From positions 1 to 60,018 of the IMG/VR virus record IMGVR_UViG_3300022538_000807: DNA of 60,018 bases, one strand, 5' to 3'. The stretch is from a virus (Duplodnaviria; Caudoviricetes). Position 1 is the stretch's first letter. Every line of letters begins with the position of its first letter. The notes beneath the pieces were generated by a model that saw nothing but the letters and a program-made list of their open reading frames with translations, made no database searches and was not told the DNA's origin. The position numbers and the translations under genes were made by a program. Positions 8,834 through 19,592 of this stretch are shown here, in pieces.

Positions 8834-11653
8834 CTAAAAAACATCACAGTCTGCAACCTTTTTGCCTGGATCGCCATTTGAAAATTCATTGGTAGCGCAA
8901 TCTGATATATAGGCATACATCCTGTCATGTTCTGTTGCTGTTAAATAATCATCTGATATTACCGAACAGTCTCCTATAATAAGGTATTGTCTTATAAGCC
9001 ATTCCATGTCTATGGCCACAACGTCAATCTTTTGGTTCTGGAAATCATAGGAAAGACTCTCCACATAATAATAGCGTCCATATTCACCTGCGCCAGTTGA
9101 GCTTAATCCAAATGGGTCTTGAAATCGGAAATTTGTAAAGATATCTAAATCGTCTATGAACTTTATATTAACAGAGAATTCAATCTTTTTATCGCCATAG
9201 CTCCTCTTTAATAACTCCTCAGTAAGCCGTTTTTCAACAAGCGTTTGTGAAGTAGTCCAGGGAAAAAGCCAATCAGATGAAGGTGACATCTCCTTCTCAT
9301 AATCATCTATACTTGTCTGTCTTCTGTCTTCTATTGCATCCTGATATACATTATGAGCAGATGCGTATTCCCATTTGGCATTAACGAAATTTACGGCTTC
9401 ATTGAGGTTGTATTTTCTATTTGCTGACTTATATAAATCTATTTGGTCAAAAATAAATAAATCTGTTGCAAAATTTGATATATCTTTACGTCCTATTGTA
9501 ATCCGCCCATCTTTAGCAGGCCAAAGTTTAGCACCGTAAGTAAAAAGCAATTCCTGTAATACCGCCATCGCATCTCGCTCTGTTTGGATAATAAGAAATC
9601 CTGCCTGATGCCAGCCGGCTGTTGTATAGAGTGCGGCCAGGGTATCAAATGATTCCATATCTAAATAAGCTATGGGCATCCCAAGTATTTGGGTTAAGTA
9701 AAATGATATAATATAAGCCGGATTCTGAATGTAACCATTGGCACTATCCCACATTCCAACAGAATAACCAGTGGCATTAAAAGTAATCTTATTATCTCCC
9801 TGGTCACCCGCACCCGTAAAATCAATATAAGTCCGCCCTCTGTCTCTATAGGCAACAACATAATCCGCAGGCGTTGCTTGTAATATATTATTTGAATATA
9901 CTTGCGTAATCGAATTAAGACTAAAATTGGCGGCCAGATAAGAAAATGTAGTTGTATCAACATAAACAGCTTCAATCGATCCCGAATCTTCACTTGCAAC
10001 AGCAGGGACTAAAGAAGCAATGCCTAACACTTCTGGCCTAACTTTCCCAACTCCTGACTCATGGATATTAGGATAATCAGTTGCCTCTGCCGAACAGAAA
10101 TATTGAGGCACTTTTATTTTAAAATACTTCTGCGTTATATCCTTTATGGCAACATTAAAATGTACACCTTCAAGCGAATAATCATCTACCACGCCCTGAA
10201 ATACATGAGTTTGCCATGCTTCTGGTTGTCTACCCCATCCATGATAGAATTCTACAAGCTGATTTTTGAGAAAATATTCAGCAAGAAGCTTTGAAAATTC
10301 TTTATCCTGATTAGCCAGTGTTACATTTGTATCAGATACAGAGAAAAGTCCTGTCTTATCATCTATCGAGCGTGTAAAGGGTGAGACGCTTTTTATCCTG
10401 CCGTCATAAAAGTTGTCTCCTCTTGTATCTAATGGCGAGTAAAATCTATCGATTGTAGTATCGCCTTTTTTCCACTTCCATTTAGTTCGTATTTCAGGCG
10501 GGTCTTCGGATGGATCTTCATCTGCCACAAGTAATAAAAATCTTGCACCTTCAAACATCCGCCCATCACTTCCAGTCCGCCAGTCGCCTGCATATCCTTC
10601 TGTCACTCCACAGTCTGTAAGATTTCCTTTGGATAAAAGTATGTGATAAGTTCCTTCGGCAAGCCCAAGGGCAGTTAAAGTAACGGCAGGAATGGTTATT
10701 TGTGTATCAGAATTAACCGTAAATTCATTTAGTGGAGTTGTAATTGTTCCAGCAAGCACGCCAGCCGCTGTCCAAAATTCAATGGTACTAACAGTTAATT
10801 CAGCACCCCATTGAGCATTAGCGTTTACGCCGCACAAATCATTTATTTCATCAAAATCATTTGCAAAGCCCATCCCGTTTATAATCAAATCGACTCCACC
10901 CGCCGTTGGTATGCGATAGCGATTAAAGGAATTTACTACAGGATTAAAGTATTTAACTTTGAGTCTTTCCGGGAATACGTTAAGCGTAATTTTATGTCCA
11001 TCACCTAAATTGCAAGCTCCTCCATTTTTGAAACTGTCAATTTTAACCTGGATTCCATTTCTAAATAAATTTGCCCTTGTTACACATGCCGATAAGGCAG
11101 CAAAATCACTCGGCACTTCCGACTCTATCAGAAGCGGTGGCGGCATCGGGTCATCAACTACTTCAGATCGCAAAACATCACGATAACCAAGATATAAAGG
11201 TGGATCTGTTATTGGACGACAATGACAGATGGGATTAAAGCTATATCCCTCATTTATAGGATAATTATCCCAGTCTATCGCTACACCATCCACATATCTT
11301 CCCGTCGCTTTATCAGGAAGCCAAGCATTGCCAGCGTTCCACATAACCATTGGTTCGACATTTGCAATAGTACAGGGTTGCGCCTCCCATGAATCTTTCG
11401 TTAGCTTAAAATCAAACCTGTAATTGGCCGGTATATCGGCCCCACTTACTAGCTCAAAATTGCCGGCACTCGGCTTCATTATTGAATACCAAAGCCACCG
11501 ATTCGTTGCCGTCACGCGATATTGGCCTATAAGTCCGTATGCACGATAGACATTCGTCCAATCTTCGGGATCATTGAATGCACCATCAGCAGTATGGCCC
11601 TCAAGCGTAACTATATTAAACGCCGTCCATTCTCTATATGGTATTCTTGCCAT
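8834..11653 (-). CDS. Tail-tip / baseplate hub protein with N-terminal extension
   Basis: 939 aa, two genes after the tape measure; C-terminal half (FYDGRIKSV...VFQGVVDD) resembles siphophage hub proteins. Confidence 0.65.
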   Translation of the reverse strand: MARIPYREWTAFNIVTLEGHTADGAFNDPEDWTNVYRAYGLIGQYRVTATNRWLWYSIMKPSAGNFELVSGADIPANYRFDFKLTKDSWEAQPCTIANVEPMVMWNAGNAWLPDKATGRYVDGVAIDWDNYPINEGYSFNPICHCRPITDPPLYLGYRDVLRSEVVDDPMPPPLLIESEVPSDFAALSACVTRANLFRNGIQVKIDSFKNGGACNLGDGHKITLNVFPERLKVKYFNPVVNSFNRYRIPTAGGVDLIINGMGFANDFDEINDLCGVNANAQWGAELTVSTIEFWTAAGVLAGTITTPLNEFTVNSDTQITIPAVTLTALGLAEGTYHILLSKGNLTDCGVTEGYAGDWRTGSDGRMFEGARFLLLVADEDPSEDPPEIRTKWKWKKGDTTIDRFYSPLDTRGDNFYDGRIKSVSPFTRSIDDKTGLFSVSDTNVTLANQDKEFSKLLAEYFLKNQLVEFYHGWGRQPEAWQTHVFQGVVDDYSLEGVHFNVAIKDITQKYFKIKVPQYFCSAEATDYPNIHESGVGKVRPEVLGIASLVPAVASEDSGSIEAVYVDTTTFSYLAANFSLNSITQVYSNNILQATPADYVVAYRDRGRTYIDFTGAGDQGDNKITFNATGYSVGMWDSANGYIQNPAYIISFYLTQILGMPIAYLDMESFDTLAALYTTAGWHQAGFLIIQTERDAMAVLQELLFTYGAKLWPAKDGRITIGRKDISNFATDLFIFDQIDLYKSANRKYNLNEAVNFVNAKWEYASAHNVYQDAIEDRRQTSIDDYEKEMSPSSDWLFPWTTSQTLVEKRLTEELLKRSYGDKKIEFSVNIKFIDDLDIFTNFRFQDPFGLSSTGAGEYGRYYYVESLSYDFQNQKIDVVAIDMEWLIRQYLIIGDCSVISDDYLTATEHDRMYAYISDCATNEFSNGDPGKKVADCDVF

Positions 11654-11659
11654 TTTTAC

Positions 11660-12835
11660 CTACAATAAAGATATCCCCTTTGTTAACTCTTTAAGTGGAA
11701 TATTCCAATCTAAAAGTTGTGGATAACCGACAGAAACTCTATTAGCAAGAAACTCTTGTCCTTCAACTTTAACATAATAACACTGGCATTTTGTCTCACA
11801 ATAATTATCATCAGGTACAAATACAAAACGCCCCGCCGCTCCCTGGATAGCCTGCAAGAATAACCTAAGCTCATCTATAGCACCTGACACAGGCGTTTCC
11901 TGTAGCGGTTGTAATACAAATCGCATGGCATCAGAATAATAGTTGTCCCAATCCTGACCATAATGGGTTTGCTGCGAACCGGTATAAATTACAGGTCCTT
12001 CTGAATCGCTACGGATATAGAAATTGTCAAACCGACACCAGTTTGTGAGAATAAATTCTCCTATCTCAATATCAGCCCCACTATGAGCTACGCACAATAA
12101 CCAGTAACGAAATTGATCTGTATCAAGGTCGGAAAAATCAAGTTTCATACAGCTATTTGTTACATCTGTAACAGTGCCACAAGCATCTGTCGCCTCACAG
12201 CAGGTAAAATCCCATTCGGCAAAATCATTCTGGGGGTCTTCATATCCCCTGTCGTCGCAATCGGAAAAAGGTCCATCTGCATCCCTCCGGGCTTTTAATC
12301 GAAACATTGTTACTTCACTACAATCAAGATTGTGGTTTATAACAGCAGCGAAATCGATAGAGACATCACTTCCCATATCAACATGAATCCATTCTGTAAC
12401 CGCACTACCATCTGAGGTGAATCTAAATGCCTTGCTCGGACGTTCATTATATAGCCAACTTCTAACATAAACATCATGTTCAGAGCTTACAAAATTAAGG
12501 GGAATTCCATCAACTCCTAATGCAGCGCCGCCATTAGCTAAGACATTAGCTTGAGTTACATTGTCTATCTGGGCATTATCAGCCCATCCACAGGTTGTAT
12601 CACCATCTTTTTCAATCGTTAATACTCCTGCGGCATTATTGCCAGCCCATCCGCCACCTGTTAAAGTATAAGATATGAGTATCCAACCGACTTCAGCACC
12701 AGAACCAAGCTCATCACCAATGGCTGGTTCATTTTGTCCGCCATCATAGGCTACCTCTGAATAAGAGCGTAAGGTATCGCCATCTATAAAATTCCCCGTT
12801 GCATATATTGAAGTTGTTTCAGCCGGACATGCCAT
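11660..12835 (-). CDS. Distal tail-like protein, Cys-rich
   Basis: Directly follows the tape measure; EWIHVDMG...FRYWLL...EIGEF resembles a beta-sandwich carbohydrate-binding fold. Confidence 0.55.
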   Translation of the reverse strand: MACPAETTSIYATGNFIDGDTLRSYSEVAYDGGQNEPAIGDELGSGAEVGWILISYTLTGGGWAGNNAAGVLTIEKDGDTTCGWADNAQIDNVTQANVLANGGAALGVDGIPLNFVSSEHDVYVRSWLYNERPSKAFRFTSDGSAVTEWIHVDMGSDVSIDFAAVINHNLDCSEVTMFRLKARRDADGPFSDCDDRGYEDPQNDFAEWDFTCCEATDACGTVTDVTNSCMKLDFSDLDTDQFRYWLLCVAHSGADIEIGEFILTNWCRFDNFYIRSDSEGPVIYTGSQQTHYGQDWDNYYSDAMRFVLQPLQETPVSGAIDELRLFLQAIQGAAGRFVFVPDDNYCETKCQCYYVKVEGQEFLANRVSVGYPQLLDWNIPLKELTKGISLL

Positions 12836-12836
12836 T

Positions 12837-15800
12837 TTAATTCCCCTGTGCTTCTTTTAATCTTGTTTTACTTCCTTTGTAATTGACGTTTATCGCCTCA
12901 ATTATTTCAGGAAGCCCCTTTTCTCTCATAAACTCTCTAACCCCTATTGCATCCATAGCAGTTATGTTGAGTACGGGAGCAATATAATTATTAATAAACG
13001 GTTGTTTTCTTCCTGTATCTTGAATTATATTTTGGATTGCACCAGGTTTATTTAGTGGAATAATCGCCTCTGGACCAGATTCACCTGCCATTATTAATCG
13101 TGGTGTTTTTACTATTGCTCCATGTTGTGCTCCAGGAATTGCTTTAATTGCCCTAATAACATCACTCACGCCATCTCTAATTTTTCCTGTTATACCAACT
13201 ATAAGTTCAAGTTGGTGATTACCATAATCGAATTTAGGAAACATTTCGCTTAGGAAATAATTAGCTTCGTCTATTTTATCAAGCATCGCTGCCAGTTGGA
13301 TGTAGCTTATATCCTTAAGTAAAGCCTCCAGTGTGCCAGTTTTTGCAGCCTTTTTAAATAACGAGCTTATTAGCTTAAATCCTGCATATGCAGCAAGTGC
13401 TATGCCCAAAACAACCATAAGAGCTGGAGCTGCGGCAGCAAGCGTCTTGGCAGCCGTAGCAATGGCTGTTGCTAAAGTTGTTATAAGGGTTGCTATTCCA
13501 GTGCCTATGCCTGCTATGGTTTTTCCAATGCCACTAAGTGCAGAGCCAACTTTAGTTCCCGTATCTACTGCACCATCTTTGACTGTTTTAAAAGCACTGC
13601 CCAAATCTTTAACTAGAGACCCTGCGACATCTGTAATACTAAGAAATATTTTTTGAATAAAATCAGTCATCCAAGTTTGAAGCATGCTTTCAACAGCTTG
13701 TCCAAAAACGATTTTGACTTTATTCCATAGAGTATTTTGGCGTTCTTCTTCATCAATAGCATGTTGCTCCCTTGCCGCATCTTCTTCGGTTCGAATTCGC
13801 TCTGATTCTGTTTGATGGTCTTCTTCAAGTTTTACTAATTTATCTTGTAAATCTTGTTCTTTTTGCAGTTGATCCGCCCTGGCTTTCTCAAGGTCATGCT
13901 GATGTTTCTGTTCCAACTTCAACAACATTTCCTGCTTTTTCTCTTCATCTTTTACGGTAGCCTCTATCCATTCTTTTCTTTTTTCATAATTTTCAGTGAG
14001 CTTTCCTTCTAAATCTTCATAATAGCTGGCAGCATCTTCAAGCTGTTGTTCTAATAGAGTTTTTTTGCCTTCATAAGCCTCTTCTGCATTTTGCATGGCG
14101 TTTTCCCAATAGCTATTATCAAATTCTTTCATTTGATAGGTGATGCTCTCTGTGATCCCAAGTATATCGACAAAAACACTGGCAAAACCATCAGCTAAAT
14201 CTCTAGTAAAATCAAGAATGTGCTCAAACATAGATTTGAAATAGATGGTTATTGTTTCTGTTGCTTCTTTGGTTTTTTCTTTGATTTTTTCACCGGTATT
14301 ATAAAAAGCCGACTTTACTTCTTCCTGTGTATTCCATGCAACTCCGGGTAATTGTCTCATAGCAGGGATTACTGTGTTTATTATGGTTTCAGAGATCTCT
14401 TTGACTGCCGGAATAACAGTTGTAGTAGAGGTTGTCGAAAGTTTTTTTATCTCATCATTAATCGCCGTAGTTGCCTTCTTATAATCTTTAAGGCTGATTT
14501 TACCATTTTTATATGCTTGATCCAATATTTTGATATTTTCTTTAAGAAACCCAATTTGTTTTTTGGTTTCAGGAATTGTTTTAATGCCGAGATTACGAAG
14601 AATATCTTTCCATGTCTTAATTGCTTCACCTGTGCTCTCTAATTTGATTTTTAACCCTGTTAATTTTTCAACAAGATTCGCAATGCTTTTTTTATTTTTA
14701 TCTGCCCATTCTTTTGCTTTTTTTTGCTCAATATAATTATCTGCCCACGCTTTTGCCGCATTCTTTAAGGTTGGTATTTGTTTATTTTTTATTGCAAGAA
14801 TCATGCCGTCCATAAGCAACTTCATTCCTTTATTCACATCCAAAACTTTATTCAATTGAGTCATAAGTCCCTTATATGCAGGAACTACAATATTACCAAC
14901 TAACTTTCCTAATTCTTGGAAGGTGGTTATTAATTCTTGTGTCGCCTTCTCTAAATCTTCCGAACTTTGTATTCCTTCTTTGAGTGGGGTTGTAAATCCA
15001 TCCCAGAATGCTATCTTAAATTTATCAACCGAAGTCTTGGCTGTTTCAATCCAAAAATCTACGGTTTTCATCTGCTTGCGAAAAGCTTCTTCTGTAGCAC
15101 CGGCAGCATTTAACATTTTAATCTGGTCTTCAGCAAAGGCATCTGCTTGTTCGCCAGCAAGGGCTAAAACTCCTGTTAATGCCCTTACATTGGGAACAAG
15201 AGCAGCCATCTTTTCAGTATTGCCACCGGTTTTTTCTTTAAGATCTTTCAGAAAACCAACAAGTCCCTTTGATTTTAATCCAAGAAGACTAAATTCTATT
15301 TTTAAGTCTTCAGCCATTTTTTTGGCTTGGTCACCAGGTTTCAAAATAGCCATAAAAACTTGGCGCAATTGCATTGTTGCTGTTTGTGCATCAATTCCCT
15401 GCCTGGTTAAAGTTGCCGTAGCGGCTGCAACATCTTCAAAGCTAACCCCTACCTGAGAAGCAACCGGAACAACCGTACCAAGAGAAGCGGATAATTCCTC
15501 ATAAGTTATTTTTCCACTTTTCACAACTTGGAACATAATATCAGATACATCTGTCACATCTTCTGCTGCCATACCATAGGCATTTATTACAGTTGTCAAG
15601 GCATCAACGGCAACTTTTGTATCTGTAACACCAGCCTTTGCAGCCTTAGCGGCTTCACCCAAAAATCTTATAGCCTTTGCCGGTTCGATTGACGCAGATA
15701 AAACTTGATACATGCCTTCGGCGAGCTTTGTCGTATCACCCAAAGTAGGAGAGAGTCGCAATAGCTCATCTTTTAGTATCTTTGTTTCGTTGCTAGAAAT

Positions 15801-16121
15801 ACTGAGCATCGTGGTAACATTTGCCCATTCTTTTTCAAACTCCCTGCCTTTGGTTACCATATCCGTAACGGCTCTTTTTGTTCCAAGAAGTATACCAGTA
15901 ACTCCCATTCCTAAGCCGAATCCCATCGCAATCTTTCCAGCGGTGGACTTCATTAACTTTCCGAACCTGGACATGGAAGGAGTAAGATCTTTGTTTATGG
16001 TTTTGCTTATTTTTTTAGTATGTTTCTGAACTCCCTGTAAAGACTTTTGAGCTTTAGTTAGATTGGTTTGTAGACCCCTAATATCAGCTTGAAGTTTTAC
16101 ATAGATTTCAGCTATCTTCAT
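12837..16121 (-). CDS. Tail tape measure protein (TP901-family core)
   Basis: 1094 aa helical Ala-rich protein; IAEIYVKLQAD start, TP901-type core (LAEGMYQVLSA...VKSGKITYEEL), coiled coil, C-terminal AGESGPEAIIPL. Confidence 0.95.
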   Translation of the reverse strand: MKIAEIYVKLQADIRGLQTNLTKAQKSLQGVQKHTKKISKTINKDLTPSMSRFGKLMKSTAGKIAMGFGLGMGVTGILLGTKRAVTDMVTKGREFEKEWANVTTMLSISSNETKILKDELLRLSPTLGDTTKLAEGMYQVLSASIEPAKAIRFLGEAAKAAKAGVTDTKVAVDALTTVINAYGMAAEDVTDVSDIMFQVVKSGKITYEELSASLGTVVPVASQVGVSFEDVAAATATLTRQGIDAQTATMQLRQVFMAILKPGDQAKKMAEDLKIEFSLLGLKSKGLVGFLKDLKEKTGGNTEKMAALVPNVRALTGVLALAGEQADAFAEDQIKMLNAAGATEEAFRKQMKTVDFWIETAKTSVDKFKIAFWDGFTTPLKEGIQSSEDLEKATQELITTFQELGKLVGNIVVPAYKGLMTQLNKVLDVNKGMKLLMDGMILAIKNKQIPTLKNAAKAWADNYIEQKKAKEWADKNKKSIANLVEKLTGLKIKLESTGEAIKTWKDILRNLGIKTIPETKKQIGFLKENIKILDQAYKNGKISLKDYKKATTAINDEIKKLSTTSTTTVIPAVKEISETIINTVIPAMRQLPGVAWNTQEEVKSAFYNTGEKIKEKTKEATETITIYFKSMFEHILDFTRDLADGFASVFVDILGITESITYQMKEFDNSYWENAMQNAEEAYEGKKTLLEQQLEDAASYYEDLEGKLTENYEKRKEWIEATVKDEEKKQEMLLKLEQKHQHDLEKARADQLQKEQDLQDKLVKLEEDHQTESERIRTEEDAAREQHAIDEEERQNTLWNKVKIVFGQAVESMLQTWMTDFIQKIFLSITDVAGSLVKDLGSAFKTVKDGAVDTGTKVGSALSGIGKTIAGIGTGIATLITTLATAIATAAKTLAAAAPALMVVLGIALAAYAGFKLISSLFKKAAKTGTLEALLKDISYIQLAAMLDKIDEANYFLSEMFPKFDYGNHQLELIVGITGKIRDGVSDVIRAIKAIPGAQHGAIVKTPRLIMAGESGPEAIIPLNKPGAIQNIIQDTGRKQPFINNYIAPVLNITAMDAIGVREFMREKGLPEIIEAINVNYKGSKTRLKEAQGN

Positions 16122-16581
16122 TATTTATCCTCTTTTTTTGGTATAGAAAGCCCTGTTAAAACCTTCCATGTTTCATCCGCCATTTCTTTTGTTGGTTTTA
16201 TTTTTTTTCTCTTTGCATTTTTAACAAGCAACCTTTTGTGTTTTTTCCATGTTTCTAACGATTCCCTCTGTCGTTTTTCTACATCAATTTCCTTCTCTTC
16301 GTCTGCGAATTTGAACAGTTGCTCAGGTTTAATATCTCGCTTTACAGACTTCCCCGAAATGTTAATAAACCAAGTTCCGAGTTGCCGAATTCCCAGCCAA
16401 AACTCTTTTCTCCAGACCTCTTCACTTTCCCTGCGGCGATTTGCCATAGTGAAAATTTCAGATGGCATATAGAGACCAAACTCATGTGGTCGAATGTTTA
16501 GAGAAAGGGCTGTGTCATAGTAATTATCTACGAATTTTTTCCAGTTCCACTCCCTTGATTCGACCCCGCTTCTTTTTTTTT
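16121..16581 (-). CDS. Tail assembly chaperone frameshift extension (gpT-like)
   Basis: -1 frame is open from the A9 run at 16581-16573, reading KKRSGVESREWNWKKFVDNYYDTALSLNIRPHEFGLYMPSEIF into ORF 16121-16468. Confidence 0.75.
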
Positions 16582-16881
16582 ATCCTCTTCCTCTGCAGGA
16601 AAGGCAATTTCAAACGCCTGGCGTATTCTGTCAGCAATTTCTGCTATCTCACCCAATTCAAGAAAATTCCCCACATCTTTAACCGTTAGGCTCTCATCCT
16701 CATGGATGAGGCCGGCCCAAACAATAGCTCTCAAATCTTTAAGCCCTACTGAGCCGGCCAGAATATTTCCTAACTTAGCTATCGATAAACCAAGTTCATC
16801 TTCCAACGCACAAAGAGCGTTAAAATCGAAGCGGAGATGCCTCTGTTTGTCCAATTGAATTGGAATAGATTTAATAGGCAT
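16528..16881 (-). CDS. Tail assembly chaperone (gpG-like)
   Basis: IQLDKQRHLRFDFNALCALEDELG...RAIVWAGLIHED; lies between tail tube and tape measure. Confidence 0.85.
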   Translation of the reverse strand: MPIKSIPIQLDKQRHLRFDFNALCALEDELGLSIAKLGNILAGSVGLKDLRAIVWAGLIHEDESLTVKDVGNFLELGEIAEIADRIRQAFEIAFPAEEEDKKKEAGSNQGSGTGKNS

Positions 16882-16901
16882 TCTCCTTTATTCTCCTTTC
16901 T

Positions 16902-17321
16902 TTAGCTTACAGACGGTACGATGTCGCAAGTTCCCTGTAGTGTACCACTAATAGTAACGGCATCCTCATAAGGTCCATCAAAAGTCATGTCTGTAAGAAT
17001 ACACTTGCCAGTAAATGTTTGTAAGCAACCAGGATCAGTTGTTGGCATTGAGAGAACTATGTCCAGAAGAGCAGTGTGACTGGTGTAGTGGTCTAAAAGT
17101 TCCTTCCTTCCGACATCAGTACAAATCCATAATCCGTCAAAGCTGATTGTCCATTCTCTACGTCCTACTAAAAATTCCCCATACCAGTTGGTATCTCTAT
17201 TTGTGATATCAATTGTTCCTTGCGTAAAATTGATTGAGAAACTTCTACTTTCTCCCAAAAGATTACCATCAACACTCAATGTCATACTGTGTCCCGAACG
17301 TCCAGCAGATAAACAAGCCAT
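16902..17321 (-). CDS. Major tail tube protein
   Basis: TIDITNRD...WYGEFLVGRREWTISFDGL...FTGKCILTD...DAVTISGTLQG is typical of siphophage tube proteins; synteny agrees. Confidence 0.9.
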   Translation of the reverse strand: MACLSAGRSGHSMTLSVDGNLLGESRSFSINFTQGTIDITNRDTNWYGEFLVGRREWTISFDGLWICTDVGRKELLDHYTSHTALLDIVLSMPTTDPGCLQTFTGKCILTDMTFDGPYEDAVTISGTLQGTCDIVPSVS

Positions 17322-17520
17322 AATTTCCTCCTTCGTGGTATATAGCTATAGGAATACTAGGATTAGATTTAGCATTCCCCTTTTGCTAACTAAAAATTAG
17401 TTACTTTTTTTATGCACAACCAGACCGTTTATGTCACATAAGTAACACTAAATGATTCGCTTTGTGCAAAAAGTGACCATCTATGACCCATAAATGACCC
17501 ATAAATGTCCCAAATATTGT

Positions 17521-17943
17521 TTATGTATTAGACATAATAATGCGAAACCGGATAATCCCATGTCTCACAACAACAGCCGGTTCTGTGTCGTCTATAATAA
17601 TTTCACTATAATCATGGCGAAGTATATGAGAACCACAGCCTCCAACGGTTAAAACTGAGCCAGTTATAGCCTGCACAATATTATCCATCATCTGAGCGGC
17701 TTCTTTGTCGCCCAAATAATCACTCCAAACATGAACCATGAATATATTATCTTCAACCCAAGCATCTCTTGAGCTAAAGGTTGCAGAGTCTACGCTTGAG
17801 AACCCCCCAAAACTTATATAGGGCATAGAGGTATTATCTGGCACATAGTTATATGTAGAATATCCCAGCGTTAACGCATCTGTAGCGAGGCGAGTATAGA
17901 CTGCTTGCTGTAAATCCCAAAAACCAAGATATCTAATTGCCAT
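17521..17943 (-). CDS. Tail completion / terminator protein (DUF3168-like)
   Basis: LQQAVYTRL...YNYVPDN...PYISFG...VHVWS...RHGIIRFR; upstream of the tube gene. Confidence 0.85.
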   Translation of the reverse strand: MAIRYLGFWDLQQAVYTRLATDALTLGYSTYNYVPDNTSMPYISFGGFSSVDSATFSSRDAWVEDNIFMVHVWSDYLGDKEAAQMMDNIVQAITGSVLTVGGCGSHILRHDYSEIIIDDTEPAVVVRHGIIRFRIIMSNT

Positions 17944-19592
17944 TATCTACCCCTTAAAAATTGGTTCTCTATCCCTGTTATTCCATGCTTTTCATAAAAA
18001 TATTTTGTAGGTGCATTCCTTCGGCATTGGTTATAAGTATAATCATGTGGAATTGTGGATTGATGAATGGCTTTTGCATCCATGCAAACCGCAACTTTCC
18101 ACCTTGTATCTTTAAGCCGGATGAAAAAATCCATGTGTTCATATTCAATTTTTATCGCATCATCCCATCGGATATCTTTAAACATTTCCCGCCTGGCAAG
18201 AAAAAAATTAACCACTTGGTTAGCATAAAGGAATTTTACTCCATAGAATTCCTGTGGTTTTCCATTATGTGAATGGCGGTAAAGAACATTGTCTTTAATC
18301 TCTAGCATCAACCCTCGATTATACCGCTCAGTTCCCCAATGTTGACCATTCGCAAGGAAAAGCATCCCGGCACAAACCCCAATTTTCTCATGGTGATCCA
18401 GAACTCTCTTCATATTTATAATTGAAGCGGGATCTTCTATTAAGAAATCATCATCCATAATCAGAATGTAATCCTCTACTGCTTCATCAATAATTGCGTT
18501 TCTGCCCACTGATATACCGCTATTGTAGGAAAGCCTCAATATCTGATGCCCCTTTCGCTCAAGCTCTGAATAGCAGTGTTCTTTTCTATATGAAGCAGGG
18601 CTATCATCTGCAATATAAATTTTATAAGGATAAGGAAAATTACGCTCGATAGAATCAAGCGTTTTGAACAGCGTCTCTTCTCTAAGAAACGTCTTAATCC
18701 CTATGGCAATTCTCATTCTATCTTTAAATTTTGCCCTTATTACAGGTTTTGCTCCCTCAATAGGCGATTTTCTTAATATCGAATATAGTTCTAAGTCCAT
18801 TGGATTCTTTATCCCCCATTGCTGATGCCAGGAATTGTAATAATATTTAATTTTCCATTTATCAGCTAATACTTTATAGCCAAAGCCCCGACTTCGGTAT
18901 TTCATATAATCAGCATCGCCGTAGTCAGGCTCGTGATCTATATTAACCTGATCTGTATAGGCTACTTTCCACTTGGTTTTCTTCTTTATAGAGAGAAAAA
19001 AGTCAGTATGTTCAGGGCTTGTTTTAAATCGCTCATCCCATTTTGCATCATTCCACACTGCCCTCCGCATCATGAAGCAATTTATTACAATATCGCAATA
19101 AAAGAATCTTATATTATTTAATCGTTCCCACTTAGACAGAAGCGGACGCTCTATCTTTTCAAGAAAAATTGTGTCGCCTTTAATATCAAGCGTTGCTTCA
19201 TATTGTTGAGAAGCCCTATATCCCCTTCTAACCCTTGTAAAAGCCCCTCCGATAATGCCAATATGTTTTCTTTGTTTTAAAATATCATACCAAATTTCTA
19301 GCTTAGTATTCTTTGTGAAAATAATGTCATCTTCTAGGATGATAATATATTTATATTCATCAGGAATTCGCTTTAGCCCTTCATTTTTGGCAGCACATGC
19401 ACCAGCATCAAACTGTATTCTATATTGAGTATATTTGTACTCGATATTGAGTACGCCATTTTTTTCCTTTTGCCTTCCGGTATCAACAGAAAAAATTGCT
19501 ATGTCAGGATAATATTTTCTTATCGATTTAACACATTTAAAAAAAAGGTCATCACGCTGAAATGTGGTTAATAATATAGCTACGTCTTTCAT
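17943..19592 (-). CDS. Two-domain GT2 glycosyltransferase
   Basis: Two GT-A repeats: AILLTTFQR...ILEDD...EHTDFF and AIGIKTFLRE...IMDDD...EHMDFF. Confidence 0.85.
   Translation of the reverse strand: MKDVAILLTTFQRDDLFFKCVKSIRKYYPDIAIFSVDTGRQKEKNGVLNIEYKYTQYRIQFDAGACAAKNEGLKRIPDEYKYIIILEDDIIFTKNTKLEIWYDILKQRKHIGIIGGAFTRVRRGYRASQQYEATLDIKGDTIFLEKIERPLLSKWERLNNIRFFYCDIVINCFMMRRAVWNDAKWDERFKTSPEHTDFFLSIKKKTKWKVAYTDQVNIDHEPDYGDADYMKYRSRGFGYKVLADKWKIKYYYNSWHQQWGIKNPMDLELYSILRKSPIEGAKPVIRAKFKDRMRIAIGIKTFLREETLFKTLDSIERNFPYPYKIYIADDSPASYRKEHCYSELERKGHQILRLSYNSGISVGRNAIIDEAVEDYILIMDDDFLIEDPASIINMKRVLDHHEKIGVCAGMLFLANGQHWGTERYNRGLMLEIKDNVLYRHSHNGKPQEFYGVKFLYANQVVNFFLARREMFKDIRWDDAIKIEYEHMDFFIRLKDTRWKVAVCMDAKAIHQSTIPHDYTYNQCRRNAPTKYFYEKHGITGIENQFLRGR

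Noticed and set aside
17474-17515. Short tandem repeats as a CRISPR or mini-array
   Set aside because: 11-bp units with no spacers and no cas genes; the same applies to 2890-2931.
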